A DNA stretch of 64,000 nt from Eledone cirrhosa (taxonomy: Eukaryota). The stretch is from positions 195,114,001-195,178,000 of the forward strand of contig OZ024740.1 of the NCBI GenBank assembly GCA_964016885.1, in the 5' to 3' direction. The position numbers and the translations under genes were made by a program. Under the pieces are notes generated by a model. The model saw only the letters and a list, made by a program, of their open reading frames with translations, was not told the DNA's origin and searched no databases. Below, in pieces: positions 52,901-64,000 of this stretch. Every line of letters starts with the position of its first letter. Positions within the stretch are counted from its first letter, which is position 1.

Positions 52901-52945
52901 TAGGGGGAACCTCATTGTGATCCATAGATGTGCTAGAAATAGCAG
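49943..52945 (+). repeat. tandem array of roughly 60 units of ~49-50 bp (some ~58 bp)
   Basis: Consensus AGGTGTGCTAGAAATAGCAGCTAAATAGGGGGAACCTCATGGTGGTCCAT. Units are diverged, but the whole unit is homologous. Confidence 0.95.
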
Positions 52946-53420
52946 TTCCATCCAGTCCCAGGCTGCTAGAGTCCGTTTGGGTATTGAGAAGTGTTTGTCA
53001 CATGGAGAGTGCCTGGCTTTAATACTGGGTGTCCTGTGAGAAGGGTTTGGCATGGCCAACTGGCCTGTCCCTCCTCATAGTGATATCACCCCATACCAGG
53101 CTCCCAAACTGTGGTTCCGCACCTGTTCCTCTCCATAGCAGTGTCATCCAGTACCACACCCCAAAACTGTGTTAAACTTGTGTGATAGGTCTCGTGTGAC
53201 TGACTGTCCACCCTTCCTCATAGTGATGCCACCCAGTACTGAGCCCCAAACTGTGGATGTGCTGTGAGATTGGTTAGGCTTCTTGTATCAGTGCCATCCA
53301 GAACCAGGTTCCGAAACTATGGTTCCACTGTGTGATGGGTTTGGCTCCATAAACATGTTTCTTTTGTGGGATGGGTTTGGCACAGCCAGCTGGTCTGTCC
53401 CCCACATAAGAGAGCCATCC
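52946..53420 (+). repeat. second, highly degenerate tandem repeat region
   Basis: Recurring CCTCATAGTGAT..CA.CCAG.ACC....CCCAAACTGTGG and GGGTTTGGCA..GCCA.CTGG.CTGTCCC motifs. Confidence 0.55.
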
Positions 53421-53581
53421 AGGAAGGGCATCCAGCTTTAAAATACCCAGCCAAATTTACACTCCTTGCCAGAGCAAGGTGTAACACATGGCCAATCCTG
53501 GCCAGACTTGCTTCCCAGCGTGGACAAACCATCTAACCCATGCAAACGTGGGCAAATTGACATTAAACGGAAATGATGATA
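53421..53581 (+). mobile_element. RTE/SINE-type 3' tail
   Basis: AGGAAGGGCATCCAGC...CCATCTAACCCATGCAA...GACATTAAACGGAAATGATGAT. Confidence 0.65.
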
Positions 53582-53813
53582 TACATATATATAAACAAAG
53601 TTTTATAAGTAGAGGAATCTACTTTATTATGAAATGACAAGATGATCCAAAGCTCCATGTGTTACTATAATCAAGATTTGTGGCTGACTGGCTCCAGTTT
53701 TCAGAAGATAAGGGGTGTGTGTGTGGGGGGGCATTACCATTGGCTGCTCTATGACAGTGACCAGCAAATTGCACCCTTCTTGCTTTATGAATCTGACACT
53801 ACAGAGATTCATT

Positions 53814-53887
<74 letters not shown>

Positions 53888-54305
53888 TACAGGCCACACT
53901 GTAATGTGGTCGCTTTGGTGCCATGATAATAAGCCCCCAGTCACACCGTAAATGTGATTGGCATTAGGAAGGGCATCCAGTCATAGCAACCAAGCTAGAA
54001 ATGGTTCAGTATGTGCAAGATATGGTCATTTAAATGGTGATGATGAATATATAGCATACATATGATGAATATATTGCATACATTATATTACATATATAAG
54101 TGTGTGTGTGTTTGTGCGCATGCATGTGTGAGCACATAGATATTAATCAAATACATATATTATATCAACATATACATGACTTTGAATATAGGCAGAGTTT
54201 AAGATTCATGGAAGACAAGAAAAGGAAGGATTTCACTTTTATAACTTACTCAACAGCATTAGTGATATAACAATCATAATGTATATCTGTCAATCTGTAT
54301 GTTGG

Positions 54306-54336
<31 letters not shown>

Positions 54337-55069
54337 ATTATATATATCTATATATATGAGTGCATAAATACATACATACATAGCATACATATCAAACATC
54401 TGTATGTCATTTTGCCCATTTATGTTGTTCAGATTCTTTCATTAACAAAACAATATACTTCTGAAGTGTGTGAGTATGTGTGTGCGTGTGTTTATACATG
54501 TATTATGTATACTTGCAGATCTCATGAACTTTCTAATCATCTAGGTATCAATTCTATTCTATTCTATTATATGTTTCTATTCTGAGTGATCGGCACAATT
54601 CAATTCCGTAAAGTAAAGGATTAGTATGGAAAACAGCCATAAACATCTGGAGCTTCTGGTGAGATATATTTCCCAAGTACATTATAATCCTAATCTATAT
54701 CTCAAAAAGACAGTATTTTAACTTAATGAATTTAGAACTTTTCCATTAATAGCTTGACAATGAATTTCCCACGTAGTACTGCAAAACATTATTCTGATGT
54801 ACTGTATCATAGAATGTCAGTTTAACACACTTAATCTAATAACACACAATATACCAAGAAATACTGTTGCCAATACAATTTGACATGGGTACATACAGAA
54901 TACTTTTCAGCAGAACAATTGAATATTTTACTATATTGTCATAAAAAACAGTACTGGATAGATTCTTATCACACTGTCCACCACTGTATGTCCTTGTTGT
55001 ATTCAGCTGTTATTAATATTTCCCTGTCACACAGAATATGACAGTGATCTACAGTCATACAATACACTG

Positions 55070-55319
55070 TGGGGTGAAATTGATCCACAAGATCCCAGAC
55101 CTGAGTGGGATAGACCTCCTCAAATTGGACCAAGGGAACAATGTTTCCATTGGTCTTTCCATTGATGATACTATCTACCAGTCGTAACTCATGGCAGAAA
55201 GAGCAATGTGAAATCAAGTGTCTTGCGCAAGGACATAAAGCATCACCCAGTCCAAGAATCAAACTCGCAACTGCATGATTGGAAATCCAATTCTCTAACC
55301 ACTAGGCCACACTCCTTCA
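55070..55319 (-). mobile_element. SINE family B
   Basis: Homologous to 6100-6338. Confidence 0.7.
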
Positions 55320-56771
55320 CTGTGAAGACACAGTATATTGTAATAGTAATAATAATCACTTCTATGATTATCCTCCAGTATACTGCAGAATTGGAATATA
55401 ATTGGATGATCATAGTGTACTAAACTTAGTACTCTGTATAGCCATATGGAGGTGGTGATTGGTAGAGTCATTAGAATATCAGATAGAATGCATTGTGATA
55501 TTCATTTCAGTTCTCTGTTCTCTGAGTTCAAATCCCACCGACGTCAACTTTGCCTTTCATCCATTCAAGATCAATAAAAAAAATTTAAAAAAAGTACTAA
55601 TACTAAGGTTGATTCTTCTTCTATATCTCTATCTCACTTCCATTCTCTTACCCTCTCTATGCTTCACTGGAAGAAATCTGCTGTAATCAAACCTAGAGAG
55701 GTTTTTTATAAAATGTCAGGTATTTTATAAAATGCTCTAGAAACACGAATGGTCAACACAGCACCCCCATGACTTCCTCAGGATTTACGGGACAATACAT
55801 ACATAGCTATATGGAGTACTAAAGTATTTATCTATATAATAGTTATCCTATATTGTACAGTAGATGTGAGGTTAATTTGCTGGACTACTGACCACATGGT
55901 CATATCTTCTAATCTTACTTCATACACTAAACATGACTAAATGATTAAAAAGCTTGCTTTACAGCCATGAGGCTCCAGACTAGATCCCAATGCATGGCAT
56001 CTTGAGCAAGTGAACTTATCATGGCTTAGGTCAACCCAAGATTTGTGAGTGATATTCGTTATTTATAAACTGTGGAGGAAGAGAGCGAACAGGCAGATTC
56101 ATTAGGACAACAGACAGAATGCTTTGTGGTATTCATTCCAGCTCTCTGCACTATGAGTTCAAATATTGCTGAGGTCAACTTTGCCTTTCATCCTTTTGAG
56201 GTCAATAAATAAATTACTGGGGTCAATTATTCTTCTATATCTATATTATTTCCTCTCTGTCACTGACCCTCTCCTTTTCTGGAAGAAATGAGCTGCATTT
56301 AGATTTGGAAAAGAATAGGCTCTGCCAAGTTTAAATACATATCGTATTATACTATAGTGTTCATATAACTCCATCAGGAGTTATAAGTACATACATACAA
56401 GAAGTAAACAATATTCTTAACTATGAATTGTAACTGGACACAAAATCTAGATAACCCTCTAAGAAACTTGTGGTAAGTATTTCATATATTGTTTGCATGG
56501 TATATTTGAAGATCATTCTTCATATGTTTTTAACTCACATAGATATAAATTGATAGCACACATGGTTGGCATTGATGAGGAATGCTACTATGCCCTCTTA
56601 ATTATTAAATATCTTGCTTAGTTGAATTAATATTGTACAGCCTAGGTTCATTTGCATCTCTCTCTCTCACTCTCTCTCTCTGAATATGCACATGTGTTTT
56701 TTTCTCACTTTTTCCACTCCTTCTTCTTCTCACTCTTTATCTTTCTATTTTATCTTTTATTTCTAATTGTA

Positions 56772-56807
56772 TCTTCTGATGAAGGTCTAGTGTCCAACAC
56801 ATTAAGG
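56772..56807 (+). ncRNA. degenerate hammerhead motif (family H2) in dispersed repeat 56660-56890
   Basis: TCTT-CTGATGA-A-GGTC-TAGT-GTCC-AACA(for GAAA)-CA-TT-AAGG. Confidence 0.45.
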
Positions 56808-56920
56808 CTTCTTTCCTTTTATTTCAAGTGTTAAACTAATATATTTCTTTCATGTACTATGTCATTTGCTTTGTTATTTCTGTTTACATTTTACAGGTAT
56901 ATATATATATGTGCATATAT

Positions 56921-57283
56921 GAAGGCACATGGCTTGCAATTGAAAGGTTGTGAGTTCAATTCTCGGACCGGGTGTTGTGTTGTTTCCTTGAGCAAGACAC
57001 TTTATTTCACATTGCTCCAGTTTACTCAGCTGTAGAAATGAGAAGATAGGACTGGGGTCCCTATCATTCCACTGCAAAGTTGTCGTGAAGGTGCCATGGC
57101 AAAAAAGCACCCAGCACTCACTGTAAATGAGGTTGGTGTTGGGAAGGGCATCCAGCTGTAGAAATCAAGCCAGAATCAGTTCCCGTATGAGCAAGGCAAG
57201 GTCAGCCAACCGGACACTGCCCACAACAGGACAAACCGCCTAACCCATGCTACCGTGGAAGAACGGACGTAAAACGGTGATGA
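56921..57283 (+). mobile_element. SINE family A with a deletion in the tRNA head and a longer RTE-type tail
   Basis: Homologous to 1464-1797. Confidence 0.8.
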
Positions 57284-57380
57284 TATATATTTATATATAT
57301 ATATATATACATATAAATATACACACAACAACATATGTATATACACATACATAAATGTATATATGTGTGTGTGTGGGGGG

Positions 57381-57431
<51 letters not shown>

Positions 57432-59148
57432 GGAAAAGAATGAAACGAAATTTCATTTCTCACTCTTAGTACAGCTGATACCTAAATATAAATATGTATA
57501 CGTACATACATATATGTGTACAGACGCACATAAATATATATATACATCATCATCATTCATCATCGTTTAACGTCCATCTTCCACGCTTCCATGTGTTTGG
57601 ACGGGAGTTTTCCCACTTGAGGCAAGATTTGTTGTCCTGCTCGTATAGGACTGTCTGGCGGGTTTTCTACGGCTGGATGCCCTTCCTAACACCAACCACG
57701 TTTACAGTGTGGACTGGGAGGTTTTTACCGTGTTACCTACACGGCCACATTACAGCGTGGACTGTGTGTTTTTTTTGTCGTGACACCTACACGACCTCAT
57801 TTGTTTCGGACTGGATGTTGTGGTACCAACATAACTTCACATTTAAGGGGGTGGTGTGGATGGGGTGGGGGTAGTGGGATGGGGTGTATTTTGTTAGAGG
57901 TGCCTACTGACTGTAGGTTTCGCTTTGTACTTAGGCAAGGCGGGTCTTCTCTATGACTGTGTAGCGCCAAAGATCTCGGTCCAGTGACATTGATGCATAT
58001 ATAAATACACACACACATATATATATATATATTTATATATATATATATATATAAGTATGTATACGTACATACATATATGTGTACAGACACACAGTAGTAT
58101 GTATATATATACATACATGCACATATATATATGTACATATGGGTTTACCGAACATTTATTATAATGTTCGGTTTGTTTGTAAACAAACAACCCGAATGAC
58201 GCCGTACAGTGCTCGGCAACCATCGTCGCTCTTTTGTTCAACACTGACACAGGAACGATGTACTAGTTTCAAGCTTATTAGCTATCATCAGCATTGTATA
58301 TCTTTCTGTCAAATGATTGAACGTCTGAAAGTATATACTTTCCTTACGCATATTAACGGCTGAGCAGCCTAATTTGCATATTGAGTGAGTTAGTCAACCG
58401 GGCATACCGAAAACGATAAATGGAAAAGAATGAAACAAAATTTCATTTCTCACTCTTAGTACGGCTGATACCTAAATATAAGTATGTGTACGTACATACA
58501 TATATGTGTACAGATGCACAGTACGGCATAATTCGGGCTGTTTGCTTACAAACAAACCGAACATTATAATAAATGTTCGGTAAACCCATACGTACATATA
58601 TATATATGTGTGAATGTATGTATATATATACATACTACTGTGTGTCTGTACACATATATGTATGTACATATACATACTTATATACATATATATGTGTGTG
58701 TATTTATATATGCATATATATATATATATGCATATATATATATATATATGATGATGATATATATATACACACACACACATACACATGCATATATAAATAG
58801 ACATACACACAGATAGACATATAATTCAATTTGAAATAGGAATATCATGTTCAGTAAATTAGCTTTGAAATCAGTTATTGTTATCAGGGAATAGGAAATT
58901 ATTATTGCAAACAGGCATTAGAATAATATACAATATCAAATGGAGAGATCAAGGGAAAGAATTTGCGTTGAAACATCAGGTGATCAAATATAGTGAGCTA
59001 ATCTGAAGAAACTGGCAGATATGTGAGAAACCATTGAGTACAAATAAAATAATTATAAGATTATTGATTTGTTGTATGTTCATATATGTATGTTCATATA
59101 TGTATGTGTATATATATATATATATATGTGTGTGTATATATATATATA

Positions 59149-60041
59149 CAGGGTGCAGACGATATTTGTTCCAAATTTTCAACTGCTAATTTTATGCAAA
59201 TTTTTTTTACTTCCGTTGTCACTCTTGTCTTCATAAAAACAGTGACTATATTTCCATTATTTATTTTCAGAATAATTGATTATGAATAATTTTGAACCTC
59301 CAAATTTGTGGAAGAGACACAGAGTTCTTCTTGGAATCACACCGGGAGGACAAATAAGGAAATTTCAGACTTTCTCAGCATCAGCAAGAGAATGGTGTCT
59401 CATCCAAAGACATGCCTAGAGTCATGCAGACAAAGTCTCCCGCGACAACACATTGGTCTTAGGTGTTGTCAGCAGTCATGGTGACGTCATGCCACCTCAC
59501 TTCTTCCCTGAGGGCCTCAAGCTGAACACCGATGGCTACATCCGCATTCTGACCGAGGTAGTAAAGCGCTGGATCGACCAGGTAGCTGCAGGTAAGCCAT
59601 ACATGTGGCAGCAAGACTCAGTGCCCTGCCATACCAGCCGAAAGACCCAAGCCTGGCTGTCAGAGAACTTCGTCGACCACACTTCACCTGACATCTGGCC
59701 TCCCAGCTTGCCTGACTGCAACCCCCTCAACTTCTTTGTGTGGGGTGCAGTGGAACGAGACACCATCAGATCTAGCTGCAATATGAAAGACGATCTGAAG
59801 GCCAGGATCACAGGTGCCTTTACGTGCCTAAGTTGGGGGACAGTGACGAAGGCCTAAAGCCAGTTCCAAGGCCACCTTGAGGCCGTCACCAAAGCCAATG
59901 GCGAGTTTATTGAGTGAGATCGAAAGAACAAGTCATGAAGACAAACTGACCCAAGTTTGATAAATATATCTTAAAAAATAAAACTACTGTGTTATTTTTT
60001 CCTAGACAGTAATCTTGCGAACAAATATCGTCCGCACCCTG
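59149..60041 (+). mobile_element. second copy of the internally deleted DD37D (maT-type) transposon
   Basis: Same TIRs, TA flanks, length (~893 bp) and deletion junction as 34938-35831. Confidence 0.9.
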
Positions 60042-60178
60042 TATATGTATATGTATATTTGTGTGTGTGTGTGTGTGTGTATACACAAATGTACATATAA
60101 GTAATAACAAAAATAACAAAGCAAATGGCACAGTACATGGAATATATTAGTTTAACACTTGAAATAGCAGGAAGAGAG

Positions 60179-60214
60179 TCTTAACGTTTCGGACACTAGT
60201 CCTTCATTGAGAGT
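60179..60214 (-). ncRNA. hammerhead motif (family H2), 5' core mutated
   Basis: Minus strand CTC-TCAATGA-A-GGAC-TAGT-GTCC-GAAA-CG-TT-AAGA. Confidence 0.55.
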
Positions 60215-60420
60215 TAGAGTTAGAAATAGAAAATAAATAAAAAGTAAAGAGTGATGAGAGGAAGGAATGGGGAAAATAAGAAACAAAATTGGGAAGAAAA
60301 AAACGTGCGTATTCAGTCGGCTATATATATATATATGTGAAAAGTAAACAGAAAAACATAACAGACAATGAAGTGCCATGAAGATATATATTAATTTCAT
60401 GCTTAATATAGTACAAAAAG

Positions 60421-60455
60421 TGCTAACATTTCGGGCACTAGTCCTTTATCAAAAA
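60421..60455 (-). ncRNA. degenerate hammerhead motif (family H2), 242 nt from the previous one
   Basis: Minus strand TTGATAA-A-GGAC-TAGT-GCCC-GAAA-TG-TT-AGCA. Confidence 0.45.
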
Positions 60456-61329
60456 TAGGAAATTAAAGAAGAAATAGAAAGATAAAAAGCAGGTCTGTTA
60501 ATTTTGCCAACTTTAGAAAATGTCTGTGGTTAAGTAGTTCGCTATGGAGTCATATAATTTCCAATTCAGTCTTACTACATGGTACCTTGAGCAAGTGTCT
60601 CATACTATAGCCTCAGATTAACCAATACACACATACATGTGTATGTGTGTGTGTGCATAGGTGCATGCATATGTGTGTACAATGGGCTTCATGCAGTTTC
60701 TATCTACCAATTTCATAGCCTAATGTGCTATGTGAAAGGCAACAGAAGACACTTTCCTAAAGTACTATGTAGTGGGACAGAGCCCAGTGATCTTAAGATT
60801 GTGAAGCAGACTTCTTAAACACAAGGCTATGCCTACACACACATTCAGAGTCAGTATATATATGTATGTATGTCAATATATATATGTATATAGTATGTGT
60901 GTATGTATGGACCCATATCTCCTGAGGGGGTCATATATGGCATATTTATGACCTTTTTAAAAACTTTGCAGAGCCCATCTCCTCTCCAGTTCTGAAGAAA
61001 GCAGATTTTTTTTCCAGAGAAGGATGAAAAGTGAGAGAATGGAAGCGAGAAAGAGAAGAAAAAGCAACCCCAGTGTTAGACTGGTAAATTTTTTATTGAC
61101 CTTGAATGGATGAAATGCAAACCTGACCTCTGCAGGATTTGAACTCAGTGAGCTGAAACAAATACTGCAAAGCATTCTATCCAATGTTCTATCGACTCTG
61201 TCATTTCACCACCTTATATGTGTATAGTATAAATATAATATAATAAGTAAAAATAGGTATATGATGGTAATATGAAGATATATAAGAACAGAACAGGCAT
61301 GTTAAGGTAATTTTCCCCACTAGAGAATG

Positions 61330-61542
61330 AGTTGGCCTTGCAGTTGGGTTAGGTCACTGACAAGCTTCTTTACTTTGCTCTATCTATTGCTTCCCTGTCA
61401 TCAACACCTTGGCTTTCATTTCCTCCTCCATCATCTTTAACTATGTCTTTCTTGGTCTTCCCTTTCCTCTACTTCCTTCTACATTTATTTCCATCACTCC
61501 TTTCACACAGTCATTTTCATACTTCTTCAACACATGGCCCTA
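61330..61542 (-). mobile_element. RTE-like LINE 3' fragment
   Basis: Minus strand GHVLKK..EGSRGKGRPRKT. Confidence 0.55.
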
Positions 61543-63754
61543 TGAAGATATATATAAAAATATATTACAAAGTTTATATAGCACACCATAAAACATGAAT
61601 TCTCCTCTATATAACCAATTGTATATATTTAGCCTTATTCCAAAATAATTGTTTTGTTTATAGCACCTCATGAAATATGACAGGCCCAACAAGTAACAGA
61701 TGATGACTTCTACTGATTAAAATATTCACTAATCATAATCAGTAAAAGAACATTCATGAAGTCTAAATGGATTAGAATTACAATCTTGTGTGCACTTTCT
61801 CTAGAGGTTATAACAGCAAAATTAATTTAGAAGTCTAAATATACTTGTAACCTTTTATCATACAGAAATAACAGTACAAATATATATTAAGGTATTATAG
61901 GAATATAATATCATCATTATATATATATCAAAATATATTATCATTATCATCAACAACATTTTTCATTCATTTGCATGGGTTTGATATATTAGGAAGATAT
62001 TAAACACTGCACTAAGGCGAGATATACGATAAATCTGCACATGATCTCAGGGGAAGACTCCACATATAGTCTTAAGTTGAATCAGATTGCTCACTCATTT
62101 TTGTTCTACAGAGAAATATGTAAAAAAGACATATATTTACATATGTCAGTAGGTTTATCTACATATTCACACAGCATCGGTGGGATTTTGTATTATCTTT
62201 GCATAGATATGTATTTAGGAAAATATTGTAAGAAAATAATGTGGCAATAGTGTAAAGATATATTTTTTTAATGACTGTAGCCTTATACCCTTTCTCTACA
62301 ATTGTATATATATCATTGAATCACCATACTGATTTGATAAAATATTCTGCAATTTTTAATTTGTATAACTTTAGGTCTATCACCATCCCCATCAACATCA
62401 TCAGTAAAGGTTTTATATCCACTTTTCCAAGCAACCATTGAGTGGACATGACTGACTTTTTCAGACAGTGTTTTATGGATGAATACCCTTCTTCATACCA
62501 TCATTTTTAGTCATACAACATGCAGAGATACTGTGTACCTATAACAAAAGCTGGGATACATACAGTACATGATAGAATTAATATTCAAAAAGAAGGATAA
62601 GTGGAAGAATTTAATATATTTTTACATAAAATCCTTTTCAAGAATGTTAATTTGTAACCATATTCACTTTGTATCTTTACATTTACAAAGTGTGATGCAA
62701 TTCTGGAGTTTTGAAGATTTTCAATTATATCTTGAATCACATTAGTTATCCAAGTCTGCAGTCATCTATAGAATGAGTTTTAGTTGAATGAAGTAGTCTC
62801 TAAATCATTATAATCCTCATCACTGTTTAACATCCATTTTTCCACACTAGCACAGATTAAACAAGTTGTCCTGAGACAAGTCAGATTAGATGACCATGTC
62901 TTGCTCATATGCCTCCATAAAATAAAATTGAAGCAATTATTATTATCATTTTTAATTAGTAAACAATTGTAATATTTTTTTATGTGACCAAATAGTTAAA
63001 CAAGTTTGCTTCATAAAGGTCTGGGTTCAGTCTCAGTGCATGGCATCTTGAGCAAATGTCATTGTTGATACAAACATGTAAAGTAGTCGTGTAGGAGTCA
63101 TGACAAAAAGCACCCAGCACACACATTGTAAATGTGGTTGGCATTAGGAAGGGCATCCAGCCATAGAAACAGTTCTATGTGAGTAAGACATGGTCACCTG
63201 ACCCAACTTGCCTCAAATAGGACAACCCATCTAACCCCTGCTAGCATGGAAAATGGACGTTAAATGGTGATGATGATGATACATCAGGCTTCTTAATATT
63301 CTTCTTAGTATTTTTGATAACTTAAGTTATAAAAATCATAAATTCTAAAAGGACTTTATAATGACTAAGAATATTTATACTACCATGTTAATAAATATAT
63401 TTACATCTATGAAGAGTATGGATGCAGTGTGGCCAAACAATTAAAAAGTTTGCTTCATAAGGGTCCAAGTTGAGACTCAGTGCATGGCATGTTGAGCAAA
63501 TGTCTTTTGTTGATCCAAACATGTAAATGAAATTGTGTAGACAGATACTGTGTGGCAGCCTGTTTGATAAACCAGATCTAAAATTCAAAAGGTCAACCTT
63601 GTTACACATTGTGTCATGCTGAATCTAACTGAAAATTAAGGACAGGCATATCAGTCACTTATATGTTCCATTGAGCAATTAACTGAAAAAATCGTCAAAA
63701 CTGACAGAAGTCCATTTTATGTAGGCTTCTTAGTATTTTTAGATCAGATATCTT

Positions 63755-63962
63755 TTCTTCTTCTTCACCAATATTCCTGGGAGGGTCATGGAGGAAGAGT
63801 CTTTAACCACTCCTTCCAGTAGGTCCTGTCAGAAGCAAACAGCCCCCAATTGATCTGGCTGGATCCCCAAGCGAGACCAGCTAAGCTCATGAATGTTATC
63901 CAACCATCTTCCTCAGGGTCTACTCCTGGGTCTCCTGCTGGTTGGTTTGGCCCATAATGAGT
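63755..63962 (-). mobile_element. RTE-clade (Expander/Rex3-like) LINE 3' fragment
   Basis: Minus strand KPTSRRPRSRP.GRWLDNIHELSWSRLGI..W..LKTLPP, then (GAA)n tail. Confidence 0.65.
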
Positions 63963-64000
63963 GGATGTAACAAGCAATATAGTTTTTGAAGATATTCTCT

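Noticed and set aside
49943-52945. CRISPR array
   Set aside because: The apparent spacers are all variants of one sequence, there are no cas genes, and the context is eukaryotic; it is a tandem repeat.
52796-53059. Minus-strand ORF across the array end
   Set aside because: Chance open frame in repeat sequence; the unit length is not a multiple of three and most units contain stops.

Overview
AT-rich, microsatellite-dense eukaryotic DNA, intergenic or intronic. The SINE types and the (TA)n/(CA)n load suggest an Octopus-like cephalopod (inference). There is no recognisable host gene, only a few weak exon candidates, and most listed ORFs are microsatellite artefacts. The window is a patchwork of mobile elements. 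These include a decayed, nearly full-length Penelope-like element (RT plus C-terminal GIY-YIG, 46.3-48.9 kb, minus strand) and a second Penelope-like remnant (6.7-8.3 kb). There are also RTE and CR1 LINE fragments, two internally deleted DD37D (maT-type) transposons, piggyBac-type and hAT-type MITEs, and several tRNA-derived SINE families. The most notable signals are: (i) about nine minimal type I hammerhead ribozyme motifs of several families, two with intact cores and covarying stems, most lying shortly before a (TA)n tract; (ii) a ~3 kb array of ~50-bp units carrying a GCTA-GAAA-TAGC hairpin, just downstream of two hammerheads and upstream of an RTE-type tail; (iii) many foldback and inverted duplications. 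All motifs and alignments were read by eye, so coordinates may be off by a few bases.
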